Made by a program: the position numbers and the translations under genes
Source of the DNA: an uncultured bacterium
GTDB taxonomy: Bacteria; Armatimonadota; HRBIN16
Direction: 5' to 3'
NCBI GenBank assembly: GCA_964579145.1
Contig: CAZOGB010000006.1
Location: 3,003-67,002, forward strand
Length of the DNA stretch: 64,000 nucleotides
Notes under the pieces: generated by a model
What the model was told of the DNA's origin: nothing
The model's database searches: none
What the model saw: only the letters and a program-made list of their open reading frames with translations
In this document: positions 48,684 to 58,798 of the stretch, piece by piece
Numbering within the stretch: the first letter of the stretch is position 1
How the letters are laid out: every line of letters begins with the position of its first letter

Positions 48684-49807
48684 GATGGATGTTCCTCCTC
48701 GAATCGCCGCACCATCGCGGCAACGTAGTGAATTTGCTCCTCACGGAGGTCGGGATGCACGGGCAGGGAGAGCACCTCGTTCGCGGCGCGTTCCGCATGG
48801 GGGAAATCTCCCTGCTGATAGCCCAGATTTTGGTACGCCTCCTGCAGGTGCAGGGGAAGCGGATAATAGACAGCGGTAGCGATACCGTGTTCCTTGAGAT
48901 ATTGCTGCAACGCATCGCGCTGGTGGTAGCGGATGGTGAACTGGTGGTAGGTATGCAGGTTGCCCGGCGCGGTTTTGGGCAATATCGCCTGCGTGTCCTG
49001 CAGCAGATTCAGATAGAGGCGGGCGTTGTGGCGGCGACGTTCGTTCCACCCGTCCAGATAGCGCAGTTTCACGCGCAGAATCGCCGCCTGTATCTCGTCC
49101 AGGCGACTGCAGTAGCCGGGCACTTTGTAGAAGTAGGCTCCACCTTCTGCCCCATGTCCCCGCAACCGCTTGACGCTTCGGGCAATCTCTTCGTCATTCG
49201 TCAGCACGATGCCGCCGTCACCGAACGCGCCCAGGTTCTTGGTGGGGTAAAAGCTCATCGCCGTGGCGTGACCGACCGCCGCCACCGGAACACCGTTTTG
49301 CTGGGCGCCGATGGCTTGCGCTGAGTCGTTCACCAGATACACGTTGTGCGCTTGGGCGATGCGCCACAATGCCTCGCGGTCGGTCATCTGTCCAAACAGG
49401 TCCACCGGTAACAGCGCGCGGGTGCGCACGGTAATCGCTCGCTCAATCGCTGAGACATCGATATTATAGGTATCCGGGTCGATATCCACATACACCGGTC
49501 TGGCGCCCAGCCGAACGATGACCTCGGTGGTGGCGCCGAAGGTAAAGGGCGTGGTAATCACCTCGTCGCCCGGTCCGATGCCCAGCGCCGCCAGCGATAG
49601 CTCCAGCGCGTCGGTGCCGGACGCCACGCCGATGCCGAACCTCGCCCCGCAATAGGCAGCGACCTCTTCCTCCAGACGCTGAACATTCTCCCCCAGAATA
49701 AATCGCCCGCTTTCCAGCACGCGAGCAACCGCTGTGTCTATCTCCTGACGCAGTGCCTGATACTGCGCCTGAAGGTCCACCATCGGTACCTGTATTGTTT
49801 CGCCCAT
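48680..49807 (-). CDS. DegT/DnrJ/EryC1/StrS-family PLP-dependent sugar aminotransferase
   Basis: VDLQAQYQALRQEIDTAV...ILGENVQRLEEEVAAYCG and the conserved active-site Lys region. Confidence 0.85.
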   Translation of the reverse strand: MGETIQVPMVDLQAQYQALRQEIDTAVARVLESGRFILGENVQRLEEEVAAYCGARFGIGVASGTDALELSLAALGIGPGDEVITTPFTFGATTEVIVRLGARPVYVDIDPDTYNIDVSAIERAITVRTRALLPVDLFGQMTDREALWRIAQAHNVYLVNDSAQAIGAQQNGVPVAAVGHATAMSFYPTKNLGAFGDGGIVLTNDEEIARSVKRLRGHGAEGGAYFYKVPGYCSRLDEIQAAILRVKLRYLDGWNERRRHNARLYLNLLQDTQAILPKTAPGNLHTYHQFTIRYHQRDALQQYLKEHGIATAVYYPLPLHLQEAYQNLGYQQGDFPHAERAANEVLSLPVHPDLREEQIHYVAAMVRRFEEEHPS

Positions 49808-49818
49808 TCAGTTCCCTC

Positions 49819-50922
49819 TTACCAGTTTGTTCCTAAACGGCTTTCGCGCTGGATGCATGTTCCCGCTGCGATGACCGCGTCCATAATGCGGCAGCCCGCG
49901 GAGATGACCACATCGCGGTCGCAGATGACGCGGGTCAGGTCTGCTCCTTCTTCTACCTTCACCCCTTCGAGCAGAACACAATCCTCCAGCACGCTTCCCC
50001 GCGCGACATGACAGCCCGCGCCAATCACCACCGTACCGCGCAGGTGCACACCCTCCTCAATCACTGCATTTTCACCCACGTGCACGGTCGCTCCTGCGTC
50101 CAGCGTGGCTCGTACCTCTGCTCCTTTCATGCACCACAAGCCTTCCGCCTGCGGTGTGCCGGGCGGAGCCACCTTCGCGCGTCCCCGCAGGAGGTCGTTA
50201 GTCACTCTCCAGTAGTGGCTGGGTCCTGCCACGTCTACCCAGTAGCCATCGGCGGGAACGCCGTACAAGCCCTCGCCGCGCTCGATCATGCGCGGATAGA
50301 TTTCCCGCTCGATAGATACCATGCGCCCTTCGGGGATGCTCTCTATCACTTCCGGCTCCAGCACATAGAAGCCCGCGTTAATGTAATCCCAGCCCGTTTG
50401 CTCGATGTTCGGGTTGGCGGCGAGCGCTTTTTTCTGCTCTTCTGTTGGCTCTCGCCATGCCAGAACCCTGCCGTCGGCGTCCAGGTCAATCACACCGTAG
50501 GGATTCGGACTGGGTACCGCCTTCAGCGTAATGGTGGCTTGCGCCCCACGCTGGCGGTGCTGGGCAATAATCGCGCTCAGGTCAAAGTCGGTGACAACAT
50601 CGCCGTTGAACACGACCACCGCTTCCCGCCTCCACAGGCTCTTTGCAGCGTTGCGAATGGCGCCCGCCGTGCCCAGAGGCTGGTCTTCCCTGGCATAACG
50701 CATCTTCACCCCGAAGCGACTGCCGTCGCCAAAGTGGTTCTCTATCGCCTCCGCCATATAGTTGGTGGCGAACACAATCTCGTCCACGCCATGCGCCTTT
50801 AACAAAGCCACCTGATACTCCAGCAGGGGACGGTTGAGAATGGGCATAAGAGGTTTCGGACGAGTGTAGGTGAGCGGACGGAAACGGGTACCAAACCCAC
50901 CAGCAATGATAATCCCTTGCAT
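49819..50922 (-). CDS. Sugar-phosphate nucleotidyltransferase with C-terminal left-handed beta-helix
   Basis: MQGIIIAGGFGTRFRPLTYTRPKPLMPILNRPLLEY. ATG at 50922 has GGAGGTGA 7 nt upstream. The longer listed ORF adds an implausible N-terminus. Confidence 0.8.
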   Translation of the reverse strand: MQGIIIAGGFGTRFRPLTYTRPKPLMPILNRPLLEYQVALLKAHGVDEIVFATNYMAEAIENHFGDGSRFGVKMRYAREDQPLGTAGAIRNAAKSLWRREAVVVFNGDVVTDFDLSAIIAQHRQRGAQATITLKAVPSPNPYGVIDLDADGRVLAWREPTEEQKKALAANPNIEQTGWDYINAGFYVLEPEVIESIPEGRMVSIEREIYPRMIERGEGLYGVPADGYWVDVAGPSHYWRVTNDLLRGRAKVAPPGTPQAEGLWCMKGAEVRATLDAGATVHVGENAVIEEGVHLRGTVVIGAGCHVARGSVLEDCVLLEGVKVEEGADLTRVICDRDVVISAGCRIMDAVIAAGTCIQRESRLGTNW

Positions 50923-51076
50923 GGCATCACCTCCTATGCGCTGTCCAGCGTTTTTTGGGGAAAAGCCCTCACAAATTATACTCAGCGGATAAACCTTTTG
51001 TAAAGGTGAAGGGGATGGATGCCCTGCGCGGATTTCTGATAAAATAACAGCGAGACGAACGCACGGAGGTCTGTTG

Positions 51077-52528
51077 ATGGCGGAGTGGGAAGCCTGTATC
51101 GGCATGGAGGTCCATGCGGAACTGTTAACCGATAGCAAGATGTTCTGTTCCTGTGCCAATGCCTTCGGCGGCGAGCCGAACACGCGCTGTTGCCCGGTGT
51201 GTACCGGAATGCCCGGTTCCCTGCCGGTGATGAACAGGAAGGCGGTGGAGATGGTTCTGCGCACCGCGCTGGCGCTCAACTGCGAAATCTCCATGACCTC
51301 TATCTTCCATCGCAAAAACTATTTCTATCCCGACCTGCCCAAGAACTATCAGATTTCGCAGTACGGCGACACGCCCATCGGCAAGCGAGGCTGGCTGGAT
51401 GTGCCGGTGGATGGACGCATCGTGCGGGTGCATATCCGCCGGGTACACCTGGAGGAGGACACCGGCAAGCTGTTCCACCTGCCCACCGGCGAGAGCGCGG
51501 TGGATTACAATCGCAGCGGCGTGCCGCTGATGGAGATTGTTACCGAGTTCCCACCCGATATGCACACGGCGGAGGAGGCGCGAGATTACCTGCAGACCCT
51601 TCGCAACGTGCTGGTGTATCTGGGCGTGTGCGATGGGCGCATGGAACAGGGTAGCCTGCGCTGTGAACCCAACCTGTCGGTGCGCCCGAAGGGAAGCGAT
51701 ACCTTCGGCGTCAAGACGGAGCTGAAGAACCTCAACTCCTTCCGCGCGGTGCAGAGGGGCATTGAATACGAGATCCAGCGACATATCGCCGTGCTGGAAT
51801 CGGGTGGTAAGGTGGTGCAGGAGACGCGCGGCTGGAACGACGAGCGTGGCGCGAGCTTCCCCATGCGCACCAAAGAGTACGAGCAGGACTACCGCTACTT
51901 CCCCGAACCCGACCTCGTGCCGGTACAGTTCAGCGAGGAGTGGATTGAGCAGGTGCGCGCTTCCCTGCCCGAACTGCCTCTGGCGAAGCGTCAGCGGTTC
52001 ATGGAGCAGTACGCCCTGCCCGAATACGACGCCACCCTGCTGGTGGAGAGCCGCGCCACCGCCGACTACTTTGAAGAGGTGGTGAAACTGGGCGCGGAGC
52101 CGAAAGCGGTGGCGAACTGGATGAACGGCGACCTTGCGAGGTTGATGAACGCCGCGGGCATTGAGGATATTCGCGACTGCAAGGTAACCCCCCGACACCT
52201 GCGCGACCTCATCGGGCTGGTGCAGAAGGGCACGGTCACCGGAAGCGTCGCCAAGCAGGTGCTGGAAGAGGTGTTCAACACGGGAGTCGACCCGGCGCAG
52301 GTGGTGCAGGCGAAGGGACTGACGCAGGTAAGTGACACCGACCAGCTGCGAGCATGGGTTCAGCAGGCGATTGCCGAAAACCCCGACGCTGCCGAGAAGG
52401 TGCGCAACGGCAAACTGCAAACCCTGCAGTTTCTGGTGGGGCAGGTGATGAAACTCAGCCGCGGGCGCGCCAATCCCAACGAGGTACGCCGACTCATCGC
52501 CGAGGAACTGGGTGTGCAGGTGGAGTAG
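51077..52528 (+). CDS. gatB: Asp-tRNA(Asn)/Glu-tRNA(Gln) amidotransferase subunit B
   Basis: [14 protein letters not shown]...[22 protein letters not shown] is the characteristic GatB N-terminus. ATG at 51077 is 7 nt after GGAGG. Confidence 0.9.
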   Translation: MAEWEACIGMEVHAELLTDSKMFCSCANAFGGEPNTRCCPVCTGMPGSLPVMNRKAVEMVLRTALALNCEISMTSIFHRKNYFYPDLPKNYQISQYGDTPIGKRGWLDVPVDGRIVRVHIRRVHLEEDTGKLFHLPTGESAVDYNRSGVPLMEIVTEFPPDMHTAEEARDYLQTLRNVLVYLGVCDGRMEQGSLRCEPNLSVRPKGSDTFGVKTELKNLNSFRAVQRGIEYEIQRHIAVLESGGKVVQETRGWNDERGASFPMRTKEYEQDYRYFPEPDLVPVQFSEEWIEQVRASLPELPLAKRQRFMEQYALPEYDATLLVESRATADYFEEVVKLGAEPKAVANWMNGDLARLMNAAGIEDIRDCKVTPRHLRDLIGLVQKGTVTGSVAKQVLEEVFNTGVDPAQVVQAKGLTQVSDTDQLRAWVQQAIAENPDAAEKVRNGKLQTLQFLVGQVMKLSRGRANPNEVRRLIAEELGVQVE

Positions 52529-52538
52529 GGGAAACGGT

Positions 52539-53141
52539 TCAGGCAATCAGTCCCCACAGGCGAAGCAGTTCCACAATCGTGGGCTTTGGCTGCTGCCACA
52601 ACCACTCCACTCGAAGCCAAAGCCCCTCCAGCACCCTGCTGTGGTATTCCCCTTCCGAAGCCATCAGCACAGCGCGATACGCCCCGTCTTCCGCCAGCTG
52701 GTAGAACTCCGCGCGTCTGCGCTCGGGGTCTATCAGCCAGTATTCCCGCACGCCAGCCGACTCGTACTCGTAGAACTTCTCCCCGCGGTCGCGGGCGCGG
52801 CTTTCCGGGCTGATAACCTCCACCACCAGGTCTGCCGCGCCGTCAAGGTAGGTGCTTTTCAACCGGTGCAGGTTGGCGTTGGACACATACAGGATGTCGG
52901 GGGAACGGCTGGAGTTCGCCAAACGCATCTGGAATGGAGCAAAAACAACCTCACCCGCCGACGTAGAGTGGGCAAAGGTGAAAATGGCCTATAGAAGAAA
53001 CAACCCAACCTCCTGATGGATGCATGAGACCGGAGGCAATATCTCCACCCTGCCGTTAACCCACTCCGAGTGAGTATCTTCGTCCAGCCAGTCGTGGAAC
53101 TGCTCGAAGGTCATCTTTTCCGGCGGCGCCTGCTTCTGCAT
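52539..53141 (-). pseudogene. Uma2-family (DUF820) endonuclease gene interrupted by one in-frame amber codon
   Basis: The reading frame from the ATG at 53141 (MQKQAPPEKMTFEQFHDWL...HQEVGLFLL) continues in the same frame into ...AIFTFAHSTSAGEVVFAPFQMRLANSS...EYWLIDPERR. The only interruption is a TAG at 52989-52991. The total is 200 codons, which fits the Uma2 family. Confidence 0.6.
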
Positions 53142-53160
53142 AGCAACCACCTCTGTGATG

Positions 53161-54132
53161 TTAAGACACGTCCTGGGGTAGCGTAATGCTATCCAGTCGC
53201 GCTCCCATTTTGGCGACCACCTGCGCGGCGCAGTAGGCAGCTATCCTGCCCGATGCCTCCAGACTCTGCCCATGACACAACCCATACAGCAACCCCGCGG
53301 CGAACATGTCGCCCGCACCGGTGGCGTCTATCGCCTGAACGCGAAACGCGGGGATGTGGTAGACGGTCTGCTTCTGCCGAATCAGCGCGCCGCGGCTGTC
53401 CATCGTCACCACCGCGATGTCGCAGTAGTCCGCCAGCAGGCGCGAGGCGTCGTAGGGGTTATCGGTGCCGCTCAGCTCCTGTACCTCCGCCTCATTGCCA
53501 ATCAGCACGTCCACATGCTGTTCCAGCAGACGCTGAAAGTCTGCCCGGTGCCGACGCACGCAAAAAGTGTCCGACAGGCTAAATGCCACCCGCACGCCCG
53601 CTCTGTTCGCCTCGCTCATCGCGTGAAGCACCGACTGTTTCTGCGACTCGGTGTCCCACATGTAGCCGGTGATGTACAGATAGCGGCTCTGGCGCAGGTC
53701 ATCAATGTTCACCTCGTCGGGGCGCAGTTGCTGGCTGGCTCCCAGGTAGGTGCACATGGTGCGCTGGGCGTCTGGGGTTAACAGGACGAAAGAAACGCCG
53801 GTGCTTCCCTCGCCCACAGCCAGATTGGGCTTGACCCCCTTCTCACTGAGACTGCGCCGGTAGATGGCGCCGTGCTCATCGTCGGCTATTTTGCTGGTAT
53901 AGCAGGCAGAACCGCCCAGCAGTGCCACGCCAATCATCGTGTTTGCGCCTGAACCGCCCGCCTCCGAGTGCACCACCTGCCCGGCAAGGTACTGCATCAG
54001 CCGGCGCCGGTGTTCCTCGTCGATGAGAAACATCCCACCCTTTTGCAAACCCAGTGCATCAATCAGTTCGTCCTCTACCTTCGCCTGAAGGTCTACCAGC
54101 GCATTGCACATGCCGAACACGTCAAAGGTCAT
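53161..54132 (-). CDS. PfkB-family carbohydrate/nucleoside kinase (adenosine-kinase-like)
   Basis: FDVFGMCNALVDL...GGSGANT...DATGAGDMFAAGLLYG are the ribokinase-family signatures. The ATG at 54132 is preferred (GAGG 6 nt upstream). A GTG at 54144 is an alternative. Confidence 0.8.
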   Translation of the reverse strand: MTFDVFGMCNALVDLQAKVEDELIDALGLQKGGMFLIDEEHRRRLMQYLAGQVVHSEAGGSGANTMIGVALLGGSACYTSKIADDEHGAIYRRSLSEKGVKPNLAVGEGSTGVSFVLLTPDAQRTMCTYLGASQQLRPDEVNIDDLRQSRYLYITGYMWDTESQKQSVLHAMSEANRAGVRVAFSLSDTFCVRRHRADFQRLLEQHVDVLIGNEAEVQELSGTDNPYDASRLLADYCDIAVVTMDSRGALIRQKQTVYHIPAFRVQAIDATGAGDMFAAGLLYGLCHGQSLEASGRIAAYCAAQVVAKMGARLDSITLPQDVS

Positions 54133-54315
54133 TCCTTGCCTCACCCATACTTCGCCAGTGTTGCATTCGCAGTGTCTTTTTCACCATTTGCCTTCCCTTA
54201 CCCTGTTGTTCCACGAATTGGGGGAGACGAGTGCCCCTTCAGGGTGAAAAGCCTTAGAGATATGAAATCGTTGACAAAGTGCAGGCGCTTTGGATAGGAT
54301 GCAACACTTGGCAAA

Positions 54316-54470
54316 GCCTGCTGACGCAGGTATGGATTGCTGAAGCCATGCTTCAGCGCCCAAAACCACCTTTTACTCTCTGCCCTTGCGACTAGAAGTC
54401 GCAGGCAACACACAATAAAACCCGCTGACGCAGGCTAAGGGGTTGCTGAAGCAAGCTTCAGCACTCCAAA
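54316..54470. repeat. Palindromic intergenic repeat cluster (same family)
   Basis: Five hairpins in order: cctgctgacgcagg, gctgaagccatgcttcagc, tgcgactagaagtcgca, ccgctgacgcagg and gctgaagcaagcttcagc. These match units seen at 34951..35127 and 41898..42040. Confidence 0.6.
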
Positions 54471-54532
54471 GAGTTCAGCCTCCGCCCCAAGTTCAAGGGA
54501 AGGGCGTGGTGGGGACACCGAGTTGCGCAGGG

Positions 54533-55252
54533 CTACTGCAACCGGGAAAACACCGCCTTCGCCGCTCGCTTGAGCGCAGGGGGAACCTGAATGTAACTCA
54601 AACGGTCGTACACGAAGTGAAGCAACAGCACATATCGACTCCGCAGACGGTCGGAACGGGTGTTGCTAGCCACCTTCTGACCGTAGCTGATGGAGTGGAC
54701 AAACCCCACCCCACGAAAGTGACTTGAGCGATACAGCGACTCTCGCGCCACCCGACGCGGACCATCCCAGCGGATGGTGTCGTGCATCAGCAGGTATCCC
54801 CCCTCCACCAGCTTGGGAAACCACAGGTTAAAGTCCTGACGCACCGCCTCGTAGCGGTGGTCGCCATCAATGAACAGCAGTTCCACCGGCTGATGGAAAG
54901 AGGGCGCCGCTTCCGCTGAGGTGGTCAGCAGGGGGTGCACCAGCCCTTCCACGCCCGCCCGGCGCAGGTTGTTCATGAACTCTTCGTAAGTCCATATCTG
55001 CCCGTCGCCGGTCGTGCGGTGCTCTGCCGAGCCCGTGTGCGGGTCAATGGCGTATACGGGCACACCGGCCCCTGCCTCTGCTCCCTTTGCCAGCCAGATG
55101 GTGGATTTTCCCTTGAACGAGCCTATCTCCACAATCACCCCGCGCCCGGTGCACCCACGGGCGAGACGGTAGAGCAGTTCCCCCTCTTCACGGGTCAACC
55201 AGCCCTCTACCGTCTCGGTGAGCGCAAACACCTGCGCCAGGGTGTCGTTCAA
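54533..55252 (-). CDS. Class I SAM-dependent methyltransferase (TylF/MycF-like O-methyltransferase fold)
   Basis: VIVEIGSFKGKSTIWLA is the motif I glycine-rich loop. LLFIDGDHRYEAVRQD is also present. TTG start with GGAGGA about 10 nt upstream. Confidence 0.7.
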   Translation of the reverse strand: MNDTLAQVFALTETVEGWLTREEGELLYRLARGCTGRGVIVEIGSFKGKSTIWLAKGAEAGAGVPVYAIDPHTGSAEHRTTGDGQIWTYEEFMNNLRRAGVEGLVHPLLTTSAEAAPSFHQPVELLFIDGDHRYEAVRQDFNLWFPKLVEGGYLLMHDTIRWDGPRRVARESLYRSSHFRGVGFVHSISYGQKVASNTRSDRLRSRYVLLLHFVYDRLSYIQVPPALKRAAKAVFSRLQ

Positions 55253-55259
55253 TCCTGCC

Positions 55260-55997
55260 TCATCCTCCGACGTGCTCCATCACGAACTGAAGCACCTGCT
55301 GGATGTGTTCGTCCCAGTAGTCCCAGGTGTGCGCGCCCGGGAACTCGTGATAGAGATGCGGAATGCCCAGCGAGAGCAGATGCGCGTGGAAGGCGCGGTT
55401 GTCCTCAATCAGAAAGTCCTCCACGCCGCAGTCCAGCCACAACGCGGGCAACTGTGCTCGGTCTACCTGTTGTATCAGCGCAAACAGGTCTTTATCCGAG
55501 CCCTGCGGGTTCTCACCGAAGATGCGCTTGAAATCCGCAGGCATCTCATCGGTCATCGGCTTGTGCCCAATCCCCACCGCGCCCGACAGGCTCGCTGAAG
55601 CAACGAACAGGTCGGGGTTGTGCAGGGCGAGGCTCAGTGCGCCGTAACCGCCCATCGACAGCCCCGCTATGGCGCGATGCCGACGCTCCCTGCTGGCAGG
55701 AAATAGCCGCTCCGTCTGCCCGAGCACGTCTTTGATGATGTGGTCCCCGTAAGCGTCGCCGTTCAGTCCGTTGGTATACCATCCCCTGCCGCCATCGGGC
55801 ATCACCACGATCAGGGGCAGGTCGCGCACATACCACTCGATGCGACTGCGCCTCAGCCATATCGAAGCGTCATCCGAAAGCCCATGCAACAGATACAGCA
55901 CGGGAAAGGGTCCATCGCCCGAATCGGGCAGGACCACAAACATCTCCGATGCTTTACCCAGCGACTGACTGAAGAACCGTACCTGACAAAGCGCCAT
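55260..55997 (-). CDS. Esterase-family protein (putative esterase, esterase D/CE1-like)
   Basis: LYLLHGLSDDASIW...IAGLSMGGYGAL is the GxSxG nucleophile elbow. Confidence 0.75.
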   Translation of the reverse strand: MALCQVRFFSQSLGKASEMFVVLPDSGDGPFPVLYLLHGLSDDASIWLRRSRIEWYVRDLPLIVVMPDGGRGWYTNGLNGDAYGDHIIKDVLGQTERLFPASRERRHRAIAGLSMGGYGALSLALHNPDLFVASASLSGAVGIGHKPMTDEMPADFKRIFGENPQGSDKDLFALIQQVDRAQLPALWLDCGVEDFLIEDNRAFHAHLLSLGIPHLYHEFPGAHTWDYWDEHIQQVLQFVMEHVGG

Positions 55998-56018
55998 CCG
56001 TTGAACCTCCTGTGACCT

Positions 56019-58106
56019 TCAGTAGTTACTCCCTTGCAAGAGGGGTTTGCCCCTGACCTTGCGATACTGGTCCCGATAGAGACCTATCTTTTCTATCGGT
56101 ATTGGCTGGAAGCCCATCTTGAACGCCGGCGAATCCTTGCGCAGGCGGATGCCGTTTGGGGTGACCTCCACTCCCGCATCGCCTTCGGTGATGTTATCCC
56201 GAATGGTGACAATTCGGTCGTTCAGGTTGTCGTAGAGGTCTATCCACCGCCCGCCCACGCTGATGTTGCGCACGATTTTGTTGCCTTTCGGCACGGCAGG
56301 CTCGTCGTTCAGGATGTTCACCAGCTCGGGGTATCGTTCGCTCCACGGCGGTTGCTGGTAGGGCACGGCTTTTAACCTGTCCATCAGCGTGCTGTCGCGC
56401 CCGTCGAACCAGAAGCTCGCCCAGCCCATCCCGCGGGCGTCCACATGCACCGACGGCTCGCACTCCACGAAGATATTGTTCTCCACTGTGTTATCGCGCC
56501 CGCCGCCAATCATCGCCGCGCGACCAGCCCGATAGAACAGGTTGCCGAAAACGGTAATCCCGCAGGTGCAGTCATCCAGATACACCGCCATCACATCCAG
56601 AAAGCCTTCGCCCTGCAGTTTTCGCCCGATATCGTGGAAGTAGTTGTAGCGGACGACGGTGCCGCGCTGCGTCAGGTCACGCCCCATGTAGAACGCGCCC
56701 GCGTCGCCGGTCTCGGTGCAGACGTGGTGGATTTCGTTGAACTCTATCAGGTGGTCGTTCCCGCCCAGCAGGATGGCGGTGTGGGGAGCATCGTACATCA
56801 GGTTATGCGCCACGCGCACTCCAACGCCGCCCACCAGCACCGCCGGGCGATAGGTGCGGCTCCAGCGGTTGAAGCGAGTAAACAGGCAGTTCAGCACCTC
56901 GTGCTTGCACGGAGTGAGCATGTTGCGGTCGCCGCCAGAGACCTGTACCCCACCGTCCCCCAGGTCCATAAAGTCGCAGGAGACCACTTTGTGCGCAACG
57001 CCGCCGGTGATGATCACTCCCACCGTGCCGATATTGCGGAAGGTACAGCCCGCTATCGTCACGCGAGCGCCGCCCTGCACCTCCACGCCCACGCCGCGGC
57101 ACACCTCAAAAGTGACACCCTGTATCTTCACGTGCGATACCCCGTTCAGGGCAACCAGCGGCGTCTCCAGCAGGGAGACCATCAGCTCGCCTGAACCCTC
57201 GTCGGGCGGATAGAAGTACAGCATGCCCGTGTCACGGTCAAGATACCACTCGCCCGGCGCGTCCAGCTCCTCCAGCAGGTTCAGCACGCGGAACCGCTTG
57301 CCTGCCGTATAACCGTACACGCCATGCGGTTCGGCGGTGACGATTTCGCCTCTGTCGGGGTCTATGGATACCACCTTTTCGTAGCTGTCCGCCCAGTCCC
57401 ATGTCCAGTAGCCATGCACCCACACATCCTTCGCCTGCGCCCATCGCTTCAGGCGCGGGTCATCGCAGGTAAAGCGTCCGCCCTGCTGTCCCGCGGGCGT
57501 GGCGGCAATGCGCAACCACCCTTCGTTGGGATACTGCGCCAGACGCATCGGTTTGCCAGCGTAAAACACCTCCAGCCCCGCAGGAATGGTAGCGGACAGC
57601 CCAAACCCGCGCCGACGCATCTGCCCAAAGTCGCGGATGCCCTGAGCACGCAGGTCATAACAGCGCACCTTCTCCCGCGCCTCCGGCGACAGTTTCTCCA
57701 GAATCGCCGGGTCGGTGACGGGCTTGCCGCCTTCGACACGCCTGCCGCCGATGATGCGCACTTTCTCGTTCCTGTACGCGCTGTACACGATAGGCAATTC
57801 GGCGGTTCCGCTGTCTTCCGCGCTCAGCGTGAAAGTTTGGGTGAGAGAGTAGGTTCCCCCGCGCAGGTACACGGTCACACCGCCCTTTGGTAGTTTGCCC
57901 TCGCGTTTCATCTGGCGGATGGCGTCACGAGCGCGCTCCAGCGTGGCAAAGGGACCGTCCGTGCGCTGGCGGTTCGGCGCAGACAGCCTGCCCAACCACG
58001 AGTCGTTGCCCTGGGGAGAGATGTACAGGTTCATTGGTTTCGCTCCTGCCTGCCCGACGAACGCGAGCAGGGATATGCTCACTCCTGCGTACAGCCATGC
58101 CCGCAT
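56019..58106 (-). CDS. Secreted right-handed parallel beta-helix repeat protein (pectate-lyase-fold, DUF1565-like)
   Basis: ATG at 58106 gives the signal peptide MRAWLYAGVSISLLAFVGQAGA. Repeated beta-helix rungs follow (NNIFVEC..., GNLFYRAG..., VHVDARG...). The listed 867-aa ORF has 172 implausible extra N-terminal residues. Confidence 0.7.
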   Translation of the reverse strand: MRAWLYAGVSISLLAFVGQAGAKPMNLYISPQGNDSWLGRLSAPNRQRTDGPFATLERARDAIRQMKREGKLPKGGVTVYLRGGTYSLTQTFTLSAEDSGTAELPIVYSAYRNEKVRIIGGRRVEGGKPVTDPAILEKLSPEAREKVRCYDLRAQGIRDFGQMRRRGFGLSATIPAGLEVFYAGKPMRLAQYPNEGWLRIAATPAGQQGGRFTCDDPRLKRWAQAKDVWVHGYWTWDWADSYEKVVSIDPDRGEIVTAEPHGVYGYTAGKRFRVLNLLEELDAPGEWYLDRDTGMLYFYPPDEGSGELMVSLLETPLVALNGVSHVKIQGVTFEVCRGVGVEVQGGARVTIAGCTFRNIGTVGVIITGGVAHKVVSCDFMDLGDGGVQVSGGDRNMLTPCKHEVLNCLFTRFNRWSRTYRPAVLVGGVGVRVAHNLMYDAPHTAILLGGNDHLIEFNEIHHVCTETGDAGAFYMGRDLTQRGTVVRYNYFHDIGRKLQGEGFLDVMAVYLDDCTCGITVFGNLFYRAGRAAMIGGGRDNTVENNIFVECEPSVHVDARGMGWASFWFDGRDSTLMDRLKAVPYQQPPWSERYPELVNILNDEPAVPKGNKIVRNISVGGRWIDLYDNLNDRIVTIRDNITEGDAGVEVTPNGIRLRKDSPAFKMGFQPIPIEKIGLYRDQYRKVRGKPLLQGSNY

Positions 58107-58235
58107 CGGTAGTTCGCTCCTGTGATGTTGCTCTGCTCTGTATTTTCGTGAGCGGTGGTCGTTTCCCTGCGCGAATCCCTGCCCTGCGGGCGTGTATCTA
58201 ACTCTGTGGAAAAACGCACGAAGGACGAGGTGGCT

Positions 58236-58481
58236 ATGAACACTCAGCCGAGAGTTATCGTCTTCTCGACGCCGAACTGCCCTTACTGTAACATGGCGAA
58301 ACGGTATTTGCGCGAGCGGGGCATCCGCTTCCGCGATGTGGATGTGAGCCGCGACCCTGCGGCGGCGCGCGATATGGTGCGCCGGTCGGGACAGCAGGGC
58401 GTGCCGGTGATCGACATCAACGGCAAGATAGTGGTCGGCTTTGACAGAGCCAAAATCAACCAGCTGCTGGGACTGAAATAA
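58236..58481 (+). CDS. Glutaredoxin-like protein (NrdH/YruB type)
   Basis: [19 protein letters not shown] has a CPYC active site. It is 81 aa long. ATG at 58236 follows GAGGTGG. Confidence 0.8.
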   Translation: MNTQPRVIVFSTPNCPYCNMAKRYLRERGIRFRDVDVSRDPAAARDMVRRSGQQGVPVIDINGKIVVGFDRAKINQLLGLK

Positions 58482-58501
58482 ACAAGGAGGGAGAAGGAAC
58501 C

Positions 58502-58786
58502 ATGAGCAACACCACACCACCCATTCAACCGCTGGGTTCGCGCGTGCTGATTCAACCGATGGAGGAAGAGTCGCGCACGGCGGGCGGCATCTTCCTGCCC
58601 GACACCGCCAAAGAGAAGCCACAACTCGGTCTGGTGGTTGCAGTGGGCGATGATGAAGAGATAAAGGTGAAGGCCGGGGATAAGGTGATATTCCCCAAGT
58701 ACACCGGCACCGAGTTTCGCTACAACGGCACCGACTACCTGATTATGGAGGCGAGCGATATTCTGGCGAAGCTCACCGAAGGCTAA
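58502..58786 (+). CDS. groES: Co-chaperonin GroES
   Basis: [42 protein letters not shown] is a canonical GroES sequence. Confidence 0.9.
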   Translation: MSNTTPPIQPLGSRVLIQPMEEESRTAGGIFLPDTAKEKPQLGLVVAVGDDEEIKVKAGDKVIFPKYTGTEFRYNGTDYLIMEASDILAKLTEG

Positions 58787-58798
58787 GGAGGTGAGACG

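Noticed and set aside
52989-52991. In-frame TAG in the Uma2 gene as programmed recoding (pyrrolysine or read-through)
   Set aside because: No pyl genes or PYLIS-like context are present, and nuclease genes of this family are frequent pseudogenes. A simple nonsense mutation or sequencing error is far more likely.
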